DNA from: an uncultured Thermoplasmatales archaeon
GTDB taxonomy: Archaea; Thermoplasmatota; SW-10-69-26; JACQPN01; CAZDGP01
DNA: 64,000 nucleotides
Assembly: GCA_964505085.1 (NCBI GenBank)
Contig: CAZDGP010000002.1
Location: 32,421-96,420 of the forward strand
Reading direction: 5' to 3'
Shown piece after piece: positions 9,090 through 18,755 of the stretch. A program made the position numbers and the translations under genes. A model generated the notes under the pieces. The model had not been told where the DNA came from. It did no database searches and worked only from the letters and a program-made list of their open reading frames with translations. Numbering within the stretch: the first letter of the stretch is position 1; every line of letters starts with the position of its first letter.

Positions 9090-9674
9090 ATGATCGAAGA
9101 AGGAAGGAACCCCCAGTCCGTCGAGGCGGGAGCGGAACCCCGCCCGGGGGCTCAAGGATCCTCCGGTTGGCGGAGGGTCCGAGACAGGTTCCTCACCCTC
9201 TTCACACGGCGCATGGGCGAGGGGGGAAGCCACGGCTTCGGGGACGATCACGACGCCCGCTTCCTCGCCGCCCTCACGGACCTCGAACCGGCCGACGCTT
9301 CCGGCAACCTCTCAGCTGCGTTGTGGGACCTGGGTCACGCAGCCGGCACGCACGTGTACGGTGTGCACGTGGTCGAGGATGACCTGGCCGAGGCCCTGGC
9401 GGGTCTCTCCCACCAGGTGGAGGCCACGGGGCTCGGTGTGCTCGAGGAGGTGGACCGGTTCCACCGAAGCGTGGACGTCGAGCTCGAACCATCCCGCGAG
9501 GTGGCGAACGCGTTCCACGGCTGGGTGGACGCGTACGTCGGCGGGCTCCTCGAGGGGAGCATCGCACGCGGGTTCAACGTGAACGTGCATGTGGAGACGC
9601 GGGACGTCCACGTCTTCCACATGGAACTGCAGGGGGGTCCCGAGGGGCCCCAGGAGCTTTCGCATGGTCGGTGA
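9090..9674 (+). CDS. Hypothetical protein, probable V4R/Bet3-like fold
   Basis: Pattern LGHAAG...GLG...YVGGLLEG resembles V4R domains; its end overlaps the start of the Roadblock gene. Confidence 0.55.
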   Translation: MIEEGRNPQSVEAGAEPRPGAQGSSGWRRVRDRFLTLFTRRMGEGGSHGFGDDHDARFLAALTDLEPADASGNLSAALWDLGHAAGTHVYGVHVVEDDLAEALAGLSHQVEATGLGVLEEVDRFHRSVDVELEPSREVANAFHGWVDAYVGGLLEGSIARGFNVNVHVETRDVHVFHMELQGGPEGPQELSHGR

Positions 9675-10056
9675 AGCCAAGGAAAGGTTGGGTCAGATCC
9701 TCGACGGCCATCTGGGGTCAGACGGGGTGCTGGGAACGAGCCTCGTGAGCCGCGACGGCATCCCCGTGCTCTCCCGCTTGACGGAGCGCATGGAGGATAT
9801 GCCCTTCAGCCTCCTCGTGGAGGGCGCCATGGCCGCCACCCTCATGGGTGCGGCCGAGGTGGCGGTGCAGGAGGTGGGTGGCGGTCCTCCCCGCCGTGTC
9901 GTGGTGGAGACCGAGAAGGTGAACATGGTCCTCGTGGGCGTGAGCAACGACCTCATCCTCGTCACGGTGGCGGAGTCCGCCGCTGAGCTCGGGGAGCTGA
10001 TGAGGGCCGTTGGCGTCGCCGCCGAGGACGTGGCGGAGGCGGTGGCGTCAGCGTGA
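9664..10056 (+). CDS. Roadblock/LC7 (MglB-like) protein
   Basis: GVLGTSLVSRDGIPV, AMAATLMGAAE, VVVETE, LILVTVA; ATG at 9664. Confidence 0.85.
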   Translation: MVGEAKERLGQILDGHLGSDGVLGTSLVSRDGIPVLSRLTERMEDMPFSLLVEGAMAATLMGAAEVAVQEVGGGPPRRVVVETEKVNMVLVGVSNDLILVTVAESAAELGELMRAVGVAAEDVAEAVASA

Positions 10057-11279
10057 CCCCCCAGGCTTCCGCGGACGCGGTGTCCGCCATGGGCGTGGAG
10101 CAGCTCGATCGACTCATCGCGCCCCTTCCCCGAGGCTCCCGTGTGCTCATCAGCAACGAGCCGGGGGTGGAGGGTGAGCCCTTCCTCTACCAGGCCGCGA
10201 GCCACCACGTGGAGGGCGGAGGCGACGTGGTGTACGTCGTGACGAACCGTCCGCCGGAGAGCATCCTCCGGAGCATGAGCGAGTTCGACCTGGCTCCCGA
10301 TCACGATCACGTGCATTTCATCGACGCGTACTCCCCCGGGCTCGGGCTCACGGGGGACGCGGAGTTCCCCGTCATGGAGCCCTCGAACCCGGGCGCCTTC
10401 GTGGAGGCCGTGGAGGCCGCCGCGGAGAAGTACCCCGACGCGCTCCTCATCGTCGACAGCCTAAGTCACCTCCTGGACCATGGCACCATGGAGGAGGTCG
10501 AGGGCTACCTGCCGCGGCTCGCGTCGGCCATGGGCGTCTTCCAGCTTGCCATCGCGCTCTTCATCGCGTGGCCCTACGAGGAGGACCTCACGGGGTTCCA
10601 CGAGATCTTCGACTCCGTCGTGACCCTCCACGGCGTCGAGGGACGCATCCTGCTCAGCCAGTACTTCCAGGTGGACCGCGCGGACTGGGTGGAGGACCTT
10701 GACACCCGGCCGCGCCTCTACAAAGCTATCCGACCCGGGGGAATCTACGTGTACATCCCGAAGATCGTCATCACGGGCCCGTACAACGCGGGCAAGTCCA
10801 CGTTCGTCAACAGCGTCAGCGATTCAAGCGTCAGCGTGGACCGTCTCGGGACCACGGTGGCCATGGACCACGGTCACGTGGAGGTGGACGGCATCGTGGT
10901 GGACCTCTTCGGCACCCCCGGCCAATCCCGCTTCGACCCCATCCTCGAGACCATCGGGGAGCGGGGTCTCGGCGTCCTCGTCATCGTGGACGCCACCCGT
11001 CCCGACGCCTTCCCCCGAGCCCAGGAGATGCTGGAGGCGTTGTGGCGCTACGGCACCCCGGCCCTCGTGGTGGCGAACAAGCAGGACCTGCCGGGGGCGT
11101 TGACACCCGAGGAGGTCCGGGAGCAACTGGACCTCCCCCCGAACGTGGGGGTCGTCGGTTGCGTGGGCGAGGAGCCCGAGAGCGCCCGGGAGGTGCTCTC
11201 GTCCCTCATCGAGGAGGTGCTGAGCTCCAGCGCCTTCGCTGGAGGCCTGGAGGAGGGTCACGAGGGGGTGGTCGCGTGA
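10053..11279 (+). CDS. Fusion of a degenerate KaiC/RecA-type ATPase domain and an MglA/conservon-type small GTPase
   Basis: N-terminal GVEQLD..I..LPRGS, broken P-loop NEPGVEGE, IVDSLS; C-terminal G1 GPYNAGKST, TTVAMD, G3 GTPGQSRF, G4 NKQD. Confidence 0.85.
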   Translation: MTPQASADAVSAMGVEQLDRLIAPLPRGSRVLISNEPGVEGEPFLYQAASHHVEGGGDVVYVVTNRPPESILRSMSEFDLAPDHDHVHFIDAYSPGLGLTGDAEFPVMEPSNPGAFVEAVEAAAEKYPDALLIVDSLSHLLDHGTMEEVEGYLPRLASAMGVFQLAIALFIAWPYEEDLTGFHEIFDSVVTLHGVEGRILLSQYFQVDRADWVEDLDTRPRLYKAIRPGGIYVYIPKIVITGPYNAGKSTFVNSVSDSSVSVDRLGTTVAMDHGHVEVDGIVVDLFGTPGQSRFDPILETIGERGLGVLVIVDATRPDAFPRAQEMLEALWRYGTPALVVANKQDLPGALTPEEVREQLDLPPNVGVVGCVGEEPESAREVLSSLIEEVLSSSAFAGGLEEGHEGVVA

Positions 11280-12022
11280 GCGGCAACGACGGGTCCCTCG
11301 TTGGCCTCGGTGTACCCCGGCTGGACGAGCTTCTGGGCGGCGGCATCCCCGGCGGCACCACGGCCCTCGCCTACGGTCCCCCGTACTGCGGGAAGACCCT
11401 CCTGGGGCGGTTGTTCCTCCTGGATGGGCTCCACCGCGGTGAGGCCGTCCTCATCGTCCTCACCGACGACACCGCAGAGGATGTGGCCGAGGAGCTCACG
11501 CGCATGGACAGCGAGTTCCCGCGCTTCGAGGACCAGGGCCTCGTGCACTACGTGGACCTCTACAGCTTCCTGCTGGGCCCCGACGTGGCCAAGCGGAAGA
11601 ACGCGGAGTACGTGGAGGGCCCCACCGACCTGAACACGGCGCTCATGGCGGTGAACGCGGCGGAGCGACGCATCCTCAAGGCCACCGAGAAGCACAGGCT
11701 CCTCTTCGACAGCGTGAGCACCCTCATGGTGCACAACAACGCCCAGACGGCCTTCCGGTTCCTCCAGCTATTCCTGGGGCGGGCCCGGCAGGCCGGCGCC
11801 ACGAACCTCCTGCTCCTGGAGCGGGGGGTCCACGAGGAGAACGAGGTGGAGCTTGCCAAGACCCTTAGCCGGGGCCTCATCGAGATGCGTACCGACGAGG
11901 ACAAGCACCAGCTCCGTGTGCAGGGCTTCCGGTCGAACCAGAACACCTCCTGGGTGGACTACACCTTCGACGACACGAGCTTCGATGTCACAGGGAGCTT
12001 CGCGGCGGGTAGAATCAAGTAG
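11276..12022 (+). CDS. KaiC/RAD55-like ATPase
   Basis: GVPRLDELLGGGIP, Walker A GPPYCGKT, Walker B LLFDS; GTGA overlap with the upstream stop. Confidence 0.88.
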   Translation: MSGNDGSLVGLGVPRLDELLGGGIPGGTTALAYGPPYCGKTLLGRLFLLDGLHRGEAVLIVLTDDTAEDVAEELTRMDSEFPRFEDQGLVHYVDLYSFLLGPDVAKRKNAEYVEGPTDLNTALMAVNAAERRILKATEKHRLLFDSVSTLMVHNNAQTAFRFLQLFLGRARQAGATNLLLLERGVHEENEVELAKTLSRGLIEMRTDEDKHQLRVQGFRSNQNTSWVDYTFDDTSFDVTGSFAAGRIK

Positions 12023-12103
12023 TTGATATACCGGGATAGCCGAAAGGAGCCACGCGGGCGAGTTCTATCGTCTCGAGGCGATGGCCCTCGGCCCACGAAC
12101 ACC

Positions 12104-13390
12104 ATGCATCCCCACCAACCCAGGAAGGACCGGCGGCACCGCGACGCCCAACGCTTCAGCGCCACCGACGGGGCCGTCTCGGACATCGTGGGGGAGATCC
12201 TCATGACGGCGATCTTCATCGTCGTCTTCTCGGCAGCTGGCGTCACGCTCCTCACCCGCGCCCCCCCGGAGGACCTCGTCCACGCCGACATCCAGGCGGA
12301 GAACCGGTCCACCCTGCGCCTCGTCCACGTGGGCGGGGAGCGTTTGGACGTGGACGGGTCCGACATCATCCTGGACCTCGACGGCACCGAGGAGCGCCAC
12401 GCGCTCTCGACGTACGCTTACGCGTTCCAGGATGACTCACCGGATCATTGGGACCCCGCGGAGCGCCTGTGCGTCTCCTGCGAGTTCCCCGGCCAGGTCA
12501 TCCTCTCCGTGGAGGTGGTGACGGAGCGCCAGACCGTGATGTCGTGGCTTGGTCGTTACGAGCCGGTGAACGCCACCGGCGGCGTCTTCGACCCCGGCTT
12601 CGCCTACGAGGACGTGGGCAACGATGCCCTCTACGTGGAGGGCACGGACGCGAGCATCGCGAACGCCGACGTGCACGATGGCACGTACACGGTGAGCAAC
12701 GCGAGCCGCGGCCTCGTCATCCCCCCGTCCGTGGGGGACATCCAGCGCTCCGGCGGGCCCGTGGAGTTCATCGCCGGTGGCAACGTTCGGATCGACGTGG
12801 ACCTCACGTCCGGGGACCGGCGCGTGCTCCTCCGGAGCTCCGGGGGCAACGTCTCGGCCTTCGGCGTCACCGTCTCCAGCGCGCGGGAGCTCCTGGTGCA
12901 GGCGCCCTCGGGTCACGTGGACGTCCACAGCTCCACCATCGCCTCCACGGAAGAGCACGTGCGCGTGGACGCCGGCACCGGCATCGACGCCGACGGTTCC
13001 ACCTTCACCCTCACCACCGGGAAGCACATCGAGCTCGTGACAGCCGCGGGGGACCTCCGGGCGAAGGGCGCCACCCTCCAGGCGAGCAACGAGCACGTGG
13101 TCCTCCAGGTGAACGGCACCGGGAACGTCCTCGCGAACGCGTCCACCCTCCAGGCTGAGAAGCGCCTGGAGCTCACCACGGGCGACGGGGACCTCTGGAT
13201 CAGGAACGGCACCGTCACCTCCGAGGATGAGTTCATCCGGTTCGACGTGGGCGCGTCCACGAACACCGCCCACGTGGAGGGCCTGGACATCAGCGAACCG
13301 AACGACGACGGAGCCGTCTCGTTGTGCCCCAGCGGCGCCAACGTGGACGGAACCCCCGACACCGGGAGCGTGGACAACACATGCAGCTGA
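12104..13390 (+). CDS. Type IV pilin-like adhesin (class III signal peptide, Pilin_N domain, repetitive beta-rich C-terminus)
   Basis: DGA/VSDIVGEILMTAIFIVV, HVGGE motif; repeated G..V.V....T..A units. Confidence 0.8.
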   Translation: MHPHQPRKDRRHRDAQRFSATDGAVSDIVGEILMTAIFIVVFSAAGVTLLTRAPPEDLVHADIQAENRSTLRLVHVGGERLDVDGSDIILDLDGTEERHALSTYAYAFQDDSPDHWDPAERLCVSCEFPGQVILSVEVVTERQTVMSWLGRYEPVNATGGVFDPGFAYEDVGNDALYVEGTDASIANADVHDGTYTVSNASRGLVIPPSVGDIQRSGGPVEFIAGGNVRIDVDLTSGDRRVLLRSSGGNVSAFGVTVSSARELLVQAPSGHVDVHSSTIASTEEHVRVDAGTGIDADGSTFTLTTGKHIELVTAAGDLRAKGATLQASNEHVVLQVNGTGNVLANASTLQAEKRLELTTGDGDLWIRNGTVTSEDEFIRFDVGASTNTAHVEGLDISEPNDDGAVSLCPSGANVDGTPDTGSVDNTCS

Positions 13391-15348
13391 CCCCCGTCCC
13401 ATCCCGGCTCGGTCCACGTGACGGTGCCGTGTCGGACGTCATCAGCAACATCCTCATGGTGGCCATCACGGTGCTCCTCATCGGGAGCCTCGCCCTCTCC
13501 ATCCCCCTGGTCCTCGGGGATCCCGGGGAGGCCCTCAACGCTGACCTGCGCGCCTCCAACACCGGCACCTCCATGCGCGTCGCCCACGTGGGCGGGGAGC
13601 ACGTGGACGAGGGCCAGATGCGGATCTCCGTCACACGGGACGGGTCCACCACCACCGAGCCTCTGAGCGCCTTCGCCGGGTGCGTGACGGGCGGGGACGG
13701 CCTGAGCGATGGCCTCTGGTCCGTGGGCGAGACCCTGGACGTCACGTGCCGGTACGCGGGCCAGAACACCACCATCAGCGCCGTGATCCTCGTGGGTTAC
13801 GACGCCATCCAGGTGGACTGGTCCGGCGCCGTCATCCTGGGGACCGGGAGCCCCGGGAACACCGCGCCCGTGGCCGACGCCAACGGGCCCTACACCCTGG
13901 ACGAGGGGAGCTCCAAGACCCTCGACGGGACGAACACCACGGACGACGACGGCGACCCCCTCACGGTCTCCTGGACCTTCGTGGGGGACAACCAGGGCGC
14001 CACCCTCACCGACGAGGACACCCTCACCCCCACCTTCACCGCGCCCGGGAACGTGGACGGGGACAAGATCGTGACGGTGAAGCTCACCGTGGACGACGGG
14101 AACATCACCGACACCGACCGGACCACCGTCACCATCCTGGACGCCGACGGAAGCGGGAACGCGCCTCCGGAGGCGGACGCGGGCGGGCCCTACAGCGTGA
14201 ACGAGGAGGAGTCCATCCTCCTGGACGGGACGGGAAGCGACGACCCCGACGGCGACAGCCTCACCTTCGAGTGGACCATCACCGGTGACGCCCACGGGGG
14301 TGTCCTCACCGACGCCACCACCGCCACACCCACCTTCGAGTCCACCACGAACGTGGACGGGGACAAGTCCGTCACGGTGCGGGTGAACGTGAGCGACGGG
14401 AACGGCGGCACCGACAGCGACCAGACCACCGTCACCATCGTGGACGCCGACGGGTCCGGCGGGGGCGTCAGCCACACCTACGTCGATTGCCCCATGAGCG
14501 CCACCACCGGCACGGTCTCGAACTGCAGCAACGCGCGGTCCGACTCCGACGGCGGCGCCTCCGCGGTCCTCACCGAGGAATCCACCAGCACCTCCACCAC
14601 GAGCAAGTACGACGCCGACACCCTCGTGAGCTCCACGTCCGTCACCGACCCCTCCAACGTGCTCGTCTCCGACGACGCCCGGGCGGACTTCACGAGCACC
14701 TCCAGCACGCTCGAGGTCACGGGCTTCGACCTGCCCGACGACGCCACGGGCGTGACCAGCGTCGTCATCGGGTTCGAGGCTCGGAAGGACCAGGGCGGCG
14801 GGCAGAACCCCACGCTGGAGCTCACGTACGATGTGGGCGGCACCGCGGGGTCCACGGGCCTCTCCACCACCGTCTCCACCACGTCCGACGCGGCCCACAC
14901 GGTGAACGTCACCGGGGACCGATCCTGGACCGTCGCCGACGTGGAGGACATCTCCCTCACCCTCGAGATGACGGACCAGCAGAACCGGGTCGCGGAGGTG
15001 GACCACGTCTTCGTCACCGTCCGCACCGAGAGCGGGGACGAGTACAACCTCCTCGTGGAGGGGAGCTTCTCCAGCGTGCCCGACGGCACCACGCACCTCC
15101 TGCAGATCCGGTACCACATCGACAGCGACGCCGACGCCGACACCTTCGACGTGGAGGTGTGGGACGGGTCCACCTGGAACGACCGCGGGGACCTCACGTC
15201 CACGAGCTTCGACACCTTCGAGTACACCTTGACCGCCGGCGAGTGGCAAAGCGGCTTCCCGCAGGTCCGCTTCGTGGACAAGATCCCAGATGACCCCGAC
15301 GGCGCGCATTCCCTCACCATCGATTACCTCCGGGTGGAATCCTCATGA
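13381..15348 (+). CDS. Type IV pilin-like protein with two PKD-like domains
   Basis: RDGA/VSDVISNILMVAITV, HVGGE; two N.(A/P)P.ADA.GPY...LDGT..D.DGD.LT..WT repeats. Confidence 0.85.
   Translation: MQLTPVPSRLGPRDGAVSDVISNILMVAITVLLIGSLALSIPLVLGDPGEALNADLRASNTGTSMRVAHVGGEHVDEGQMRISVTRDGSTTTEPLSAFAGCVTGGDGLSDGLWSVGETLDVTCRYAGQNTTISAVILVGYDAIQVDWSGAVILGTGSPGNTAPVADANGPYTLDEGSSKTLDGTNTTDDDGDPLTVSWTFVGDNQGATLTDEDTLTPTFTAPGNVDGDKIVTVKLTVDDGNITDTDRTTVTILDADGSGNAPPEADAGGPYSVNEEESILLDGTGSDDPDGDSLTFEWTITGDAHGGVLTDATTATPTFESTTNVDGDKSVTVRVNVSDGNGGTDSDQTTVTIVDADGSGGGVSHTYVDCPMSATTGTVSNCSNARSDSDGGASAVLTEESTSTSTTSKYDADTLVSSTSVTDPSNVLVSDDARADFTSTSSTLEVTGFDLPDDATGVTSVVIGFEARKDQGGGQNPTLELTYDVGGTAGSTGLSTTVSTTSDAAHTVNVTGDRSWTVADVEDISLTLEMTDQQNRVAEVDHVFVTVRTESGDEYNLLVEGSFSSVPDGTTHLLQIRYHIDSDADADTFDVEVWDGSTWNDRGDLTSTSFDTFEYTLTAGEWQSGFPQVRFVDKIPDDPDGAHSLTIDYLRVESS
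13858..14460 (+). repeat. Internal tandem duplication of about 300 bp (two PKD-like domains)
   Basis: Shared DNA segments such as gggccctaca, cccaccttc, aacgtggacggggacaag and accaccgtcaccatc recur about 300 bp apart. Confidence 0.75.
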
Positions 15349-16730
15349 AGTCCAACCGCCATGCACGATCCCGCAGCCTCCGAACCGACGACAGCGGCGT
15401 CGCCATCGTGGTGGGCGCCGTCCTCCTGGTGGGGCTCTTGGTGGCGAGCCTCGCCACCGTGAACCAGCTCTACGTTCCCAAGTGGGAGGAGGACAAGGAG
15501 GCCGCGCACATGCAGGAGGTGATGAGCCAGTTCGCGGCGCTCAAGGCCGTGCTGGACCAGCAGGCGAGCAACCGCACCGCGGGTACGGTGGCGAACCCCA
15601 TCAGCCTGGGGACCCAGTCCTCCGGTTTCTTCAGCCTCCCTGACGTGGCGGATTCCCTCCGGTTCAAGAAGGGCACGACCTCGGTGGAGGTGGAGTCACC
15701 GAACCTCCTCGTGCTCCAGGCGGACGGGACGAGCACCAGTGGCTCCCAGGAGGAGTGGGAGGGCGTGGAGGAGAACACCACGGTGGAGGACGTGGAGGAG
15801 ATCCGTTCCTTCCGCCTCCGCATCGACTGCATCGGGGTCCTCCCCTCGGGTTGTGCGAACGACGATGGCGACTCCATCACGGTGGAGGTTCGGGAGGCCG
15901 GCGGAAGCTTCGCCGGGGACTTCCGCGTGATGGTCAAGGACTACCCCAGCGGGTACACCGTGAACTTCCGCGTGCGGAACGCCGACGGCACGGTGGTGTA
16001 CGACCAGGGGGAGTCCTACTTCAACCAGGACGAGCAGGAGCCCTACTGGGTGAACCTCCTCCAGGATGACTTCCGCTTCGACCGGGTGCTCGACTCGGCG
16101 GAGACGCCCTTCAACGTGTCCCTGGTGGAATCCGGCCTCACGGGGGAGTACAGCCTCACGTACGTGCAAAAGACCGAGGATGGCGACAGCGTTCTCGTGG
16201 GCGGTGGGGGGGACGCCATCGCCAACTACACCCGGACGTTCAACGGTGGACGCCTCATGTACGAGTCGTCCAACCGCCACTTCCCGGACCAGACCCTCAT
16301 CCTGGAGAACGGTGGCCTCATCCTCACGCAGTCGGGGCGCTCCGTGTTCCGCGTGAGCCCCGACTTCAGCGTGAACCTCGTGGGGAACCGCACGGACCTG
16401 CGTCTCACCGTGCCCGTGACCACGGGTCCCGAGTCGGGGCTCAGCGGCTCCCGCACCTACACGGTGGAGACCACGCCCCAGATCACGCGGTCCCTCCAGG
16501 GGCAGACCGCCCGGTACTACGTGAACATCACCACGGAGTACGCCGACGTGTGGGCCGACATGTGGGAGGAGGAGCTCCGGGGTGCCGGCCTGGACCCCGC
16601 GTGGTACGACGTCACCGTCACGCCCACCCAGGCTCAACTCATGTTGGAGGGATCCTCCACCGAACCGGGGTACCGGGACATCACCGTGAGGTTCGGTCAG
16701 GGAAGCGTCAAGGCGGTGGTGACGGGATGA
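15345..16730 (+). CDS. Archaeal pilus-associated pilin-like protein
   Basis: DDSG/VAIVVGAVLLVG class III-like signal, YVPKW..EAAH, ENGGLIL.Q. Confidence 0.75.
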   Translation: MKSNRHARSRSLRTDDSGVAIVVGAVLLVGLLVASLATVNQLYVPKWEEDKEAAHMQEVMSQFAALKAVLDQQASNRTAGTVANPISLGTQSSGFFSLPDVADSLRFKKGTTSVEVESPNLLVLQADGTSTSGSQEEWEGVEENTTVEDVEEIRSFRLRIDCIGVLPSGCANDDGDSITVEVREAGGSFAGDFRVMVKDYPSGYTVNFRVRNADGTVVYDQGESYFNQDEQEPYWVNLLQDDFRFDRVLDSAETPFNVSLVESGLTGEYSLTYVQKTEDGDSVLVGGGGDAIANYTRTFNGGRLMYESSNRHFPDQTLILENGGLILTQSGRSVFRVSPDFSVNLVGNRTDLRLTVPVTTGPESGLSGSRTYTVETTPQITRSLQGQTARYYVNITTEYADVWADMWEEELRGAGLDPAWYDVTVTPTQAQLMLEGSSTEPGYRDITVRFGQGSVKAVVTG

Positions 16731-16847
16731 TGCCTCCCATCCCGACCCGACCCTCCACGGACTGGGGGAACTATCCGGGGGGATTTATGGAGGGAGCGGC
16801 AGAGGGGGCTCCGGGAGTGACCACGCTGGCACGAGGGGTGACCTACC

Positions 16848-18755
16848 ATGGCTGATGATGACAACGAAGGGAAGGGGAGCAAGCGTGACGGTGATGGAGA
16901 CGAGCCCCAGAAGCCGACGATGCGCCAGGTGGGGGAGACGGACATCTCCCCCATGAAGGCCCCCGAGGAATCCGCACGTTCCCCCGATGCACCTCTCGAC
17001 CTTGCGGACACCGACACGAAGGACTTCCTGAAGGACCTGGAGCGCAAGCAGAAGGAGCGCCTGGAGCAGAAGCTGGCGGAAGCCCGGGAGATGGAGCGCC
17101 GGGCGAAGAATCTCGTGAAGAAGGTGCAGGAGCAGCAGAAGTTCCGCCGGGACTACGAGGCGCACTCGGCGTACGTGGAACAGCTCGCGCCGGAGCTGGG
17201 CCTCGATCCCACGCGCCCCGTCACGGAGATCCCGGACCTCGAGGGCACGGACCTCACCCAGGTGGAGTTCACCACCATGGTGGAGGGCCGCAGCTACGTG
17301 CGACTCGTGTACGACGAGACACGGAACCGCCACCTCTACCAGGTCATCGAACCCGACCTCACGAGCAGCGAGGAGGAGGTGCTGGAGTTCCTCCGGGACA
17401 CCCTCGTGCGCACCCTCGACGGTCGCCACGACCCCGACGAGGACTGGGAGCAGTACCTCGTGGACGCCATCGAGCGCGCCATCGTCGACCACAGCATCCT
17501 CGTGGACGAGGTGAGCAAGGAGCGCCTCGAGTACTACCTCATCCGGGACTTCCTCGGGTACGGCCCCATCGACGTGATGATGAAGGACCCCATGATCGAG
17601 GACATCAGCTGCGACGGTCCCGGGATCCCCATCTACGTCTTCCACCGGCATCACGAGAGCATCAAGAGCAACGTGGTCTTCGAGGACGAGCGGACGCTGG
17701 ACAGCTTCGTCATCCGCCTGGCCCAACGCTCGGGGAAGCACATCAGCCTGGCCGAGCCCGTGCTCGATGCAACCCTCCCCGACACGAGCCGGCTCCAGGC
17801 CACCCTGAGCAAGGAGGTCACGCCCCGGGGCTCGAGCTTCACCATCCGGCGTTTCCGCGCCGACCCTCTCACGCCCCCGGACCTCATGCGTTTGGGCACG
17901 CTGAACGCTCCCATGGCCGCCCTCATGTGGTTCGCCATGGAGCACGGCAGCAGCATGATCTTCGCCGGCGGCACCGCGTCCGGGAAGACCACGACGTTGA
18001 ACAGCGTGAGCCAGTTCATCCCGCCGGCGAAGAAGGTGGTGAGCATCGAGGACACCCGCGAGATCAACCTCCAGCACGAGAACTGGATCGCGGGCGTCAC
18101 GCGGGAGGGCCTGGAGGGAACCCAGGGCCAGGCCACGAAGGTGGACATGTTCCGCCTCCTCACGGCGGCGCTCCGGCAGCGCCCCGAGTACCTCCTCGTG
18201 GGTGAGGTGCGGGGTGCGGAGGCCTTCACGCTCTTCCAGGCCATGGCCACGGGCCACGCCACGTACAGCACGCTCCACGCCGACAGCGTGCAGTCCGCGG
18301 TCTACCGGTTGGAGAACGAACCCATCAACATCCCCCGCCTCATGCTCCAGACCCTCGACGCCGTCGCCGTGCAGGTGCAGGTTCGGGTCCGGGGCCAGAT
18401 GGTGCGCCGCATCAGCGAGTTCGTGGAGATCGTGGACATCGACCCCGACAGCGGCGACCTCCTCACGAACACCGTGTTCAAGTGGGATCAGGGATCGGAC
18501 ACGTACAAGTACATGGGGAAGAGCGTCATCCTCGAGCAGATCATGGACAAGATCAACGTGTCCGCCCACGAGATCGAGGAGGAGTGGAACGACCGCACCC
18601 TCGTCCTCGAGTGGATGATGGAGAAGGGCATCCGCCACATCACGGACGTGGCCAACGTCCTCTCCAGCTACTACAGCAACCCCGACGACCTCATGGCGAA
18701 GGTGCGGTCGAGCATGGGTCACGAGACCAAGGAGGGGACCGCCCGTGGGGCTTAA
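16848..18755 (+). CDS. Type IV pilus assembly ATPase (VirB11/PilB/ArlI family)
   Basis: GYGPID, IEDISCDG, Walker A GGTASGKT, SIEDTRE, LRQRPEYLLVGEVRG, TLHA. Confidence 0.93.
   Translation: MADDDNEGKGSKRDGDGDEPQKPTMRQVGETDISPMKAPEESARSPDAPLDLADTDTKDFLKDLERKQKERLEQKLAEAREMERRAKNLVKKVQEQQKFRRDYEAHSAYVEQLAPELGLDPTRPVTEIPDLEGTDLTQVEFTTMVEGRSYVRLVYDETRNRHLYQVIEPDLTSSEEEVLEFLRDTLVRTLDGRHDPDEDWEQYLVDAIERAIVDHSILVDEVSKERLEYYLIRDFLGYGPIDVMMKDPMIEDISCDGPGIPIYVFHRHHESIKSNVVFEDERTLDSFVIRLAQRSGKHISLAEPVLDATLPDTSRLQATLSKEVTPRGSSFTIRRFRADPLTPPDLMRLGTLNAPMAALMWFAMEHGSSMIFAGGTASGKTTTLNSVSQFIPPAKKVVSIEDTREINLQHENWIAGVTREGLEGTQGQATKVDMFRLLTAALRQRPEYLLVGEVRGAEAFTLFQAMATGHATYSTLHADSVQSAVYRLENEPINIPRLMLQTLDAVAVQVQVRVRGQMVRRISEFVEIVDIDPDSGDLLTNTVFKWDQGSDTYKYMGKSVILEQIMDKINVSAHEIEEEWNDRTLVLEWMMEKGIRHITDVANVLSSYYSNPDDLMAKVRSSMGHETKEGTARGA

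Noticed and set aside
11276..12022. Circadian KaiABC clock
   Set aside because: Single-domain KaiC-like ATPase with no KaiA or KaiB in the window.
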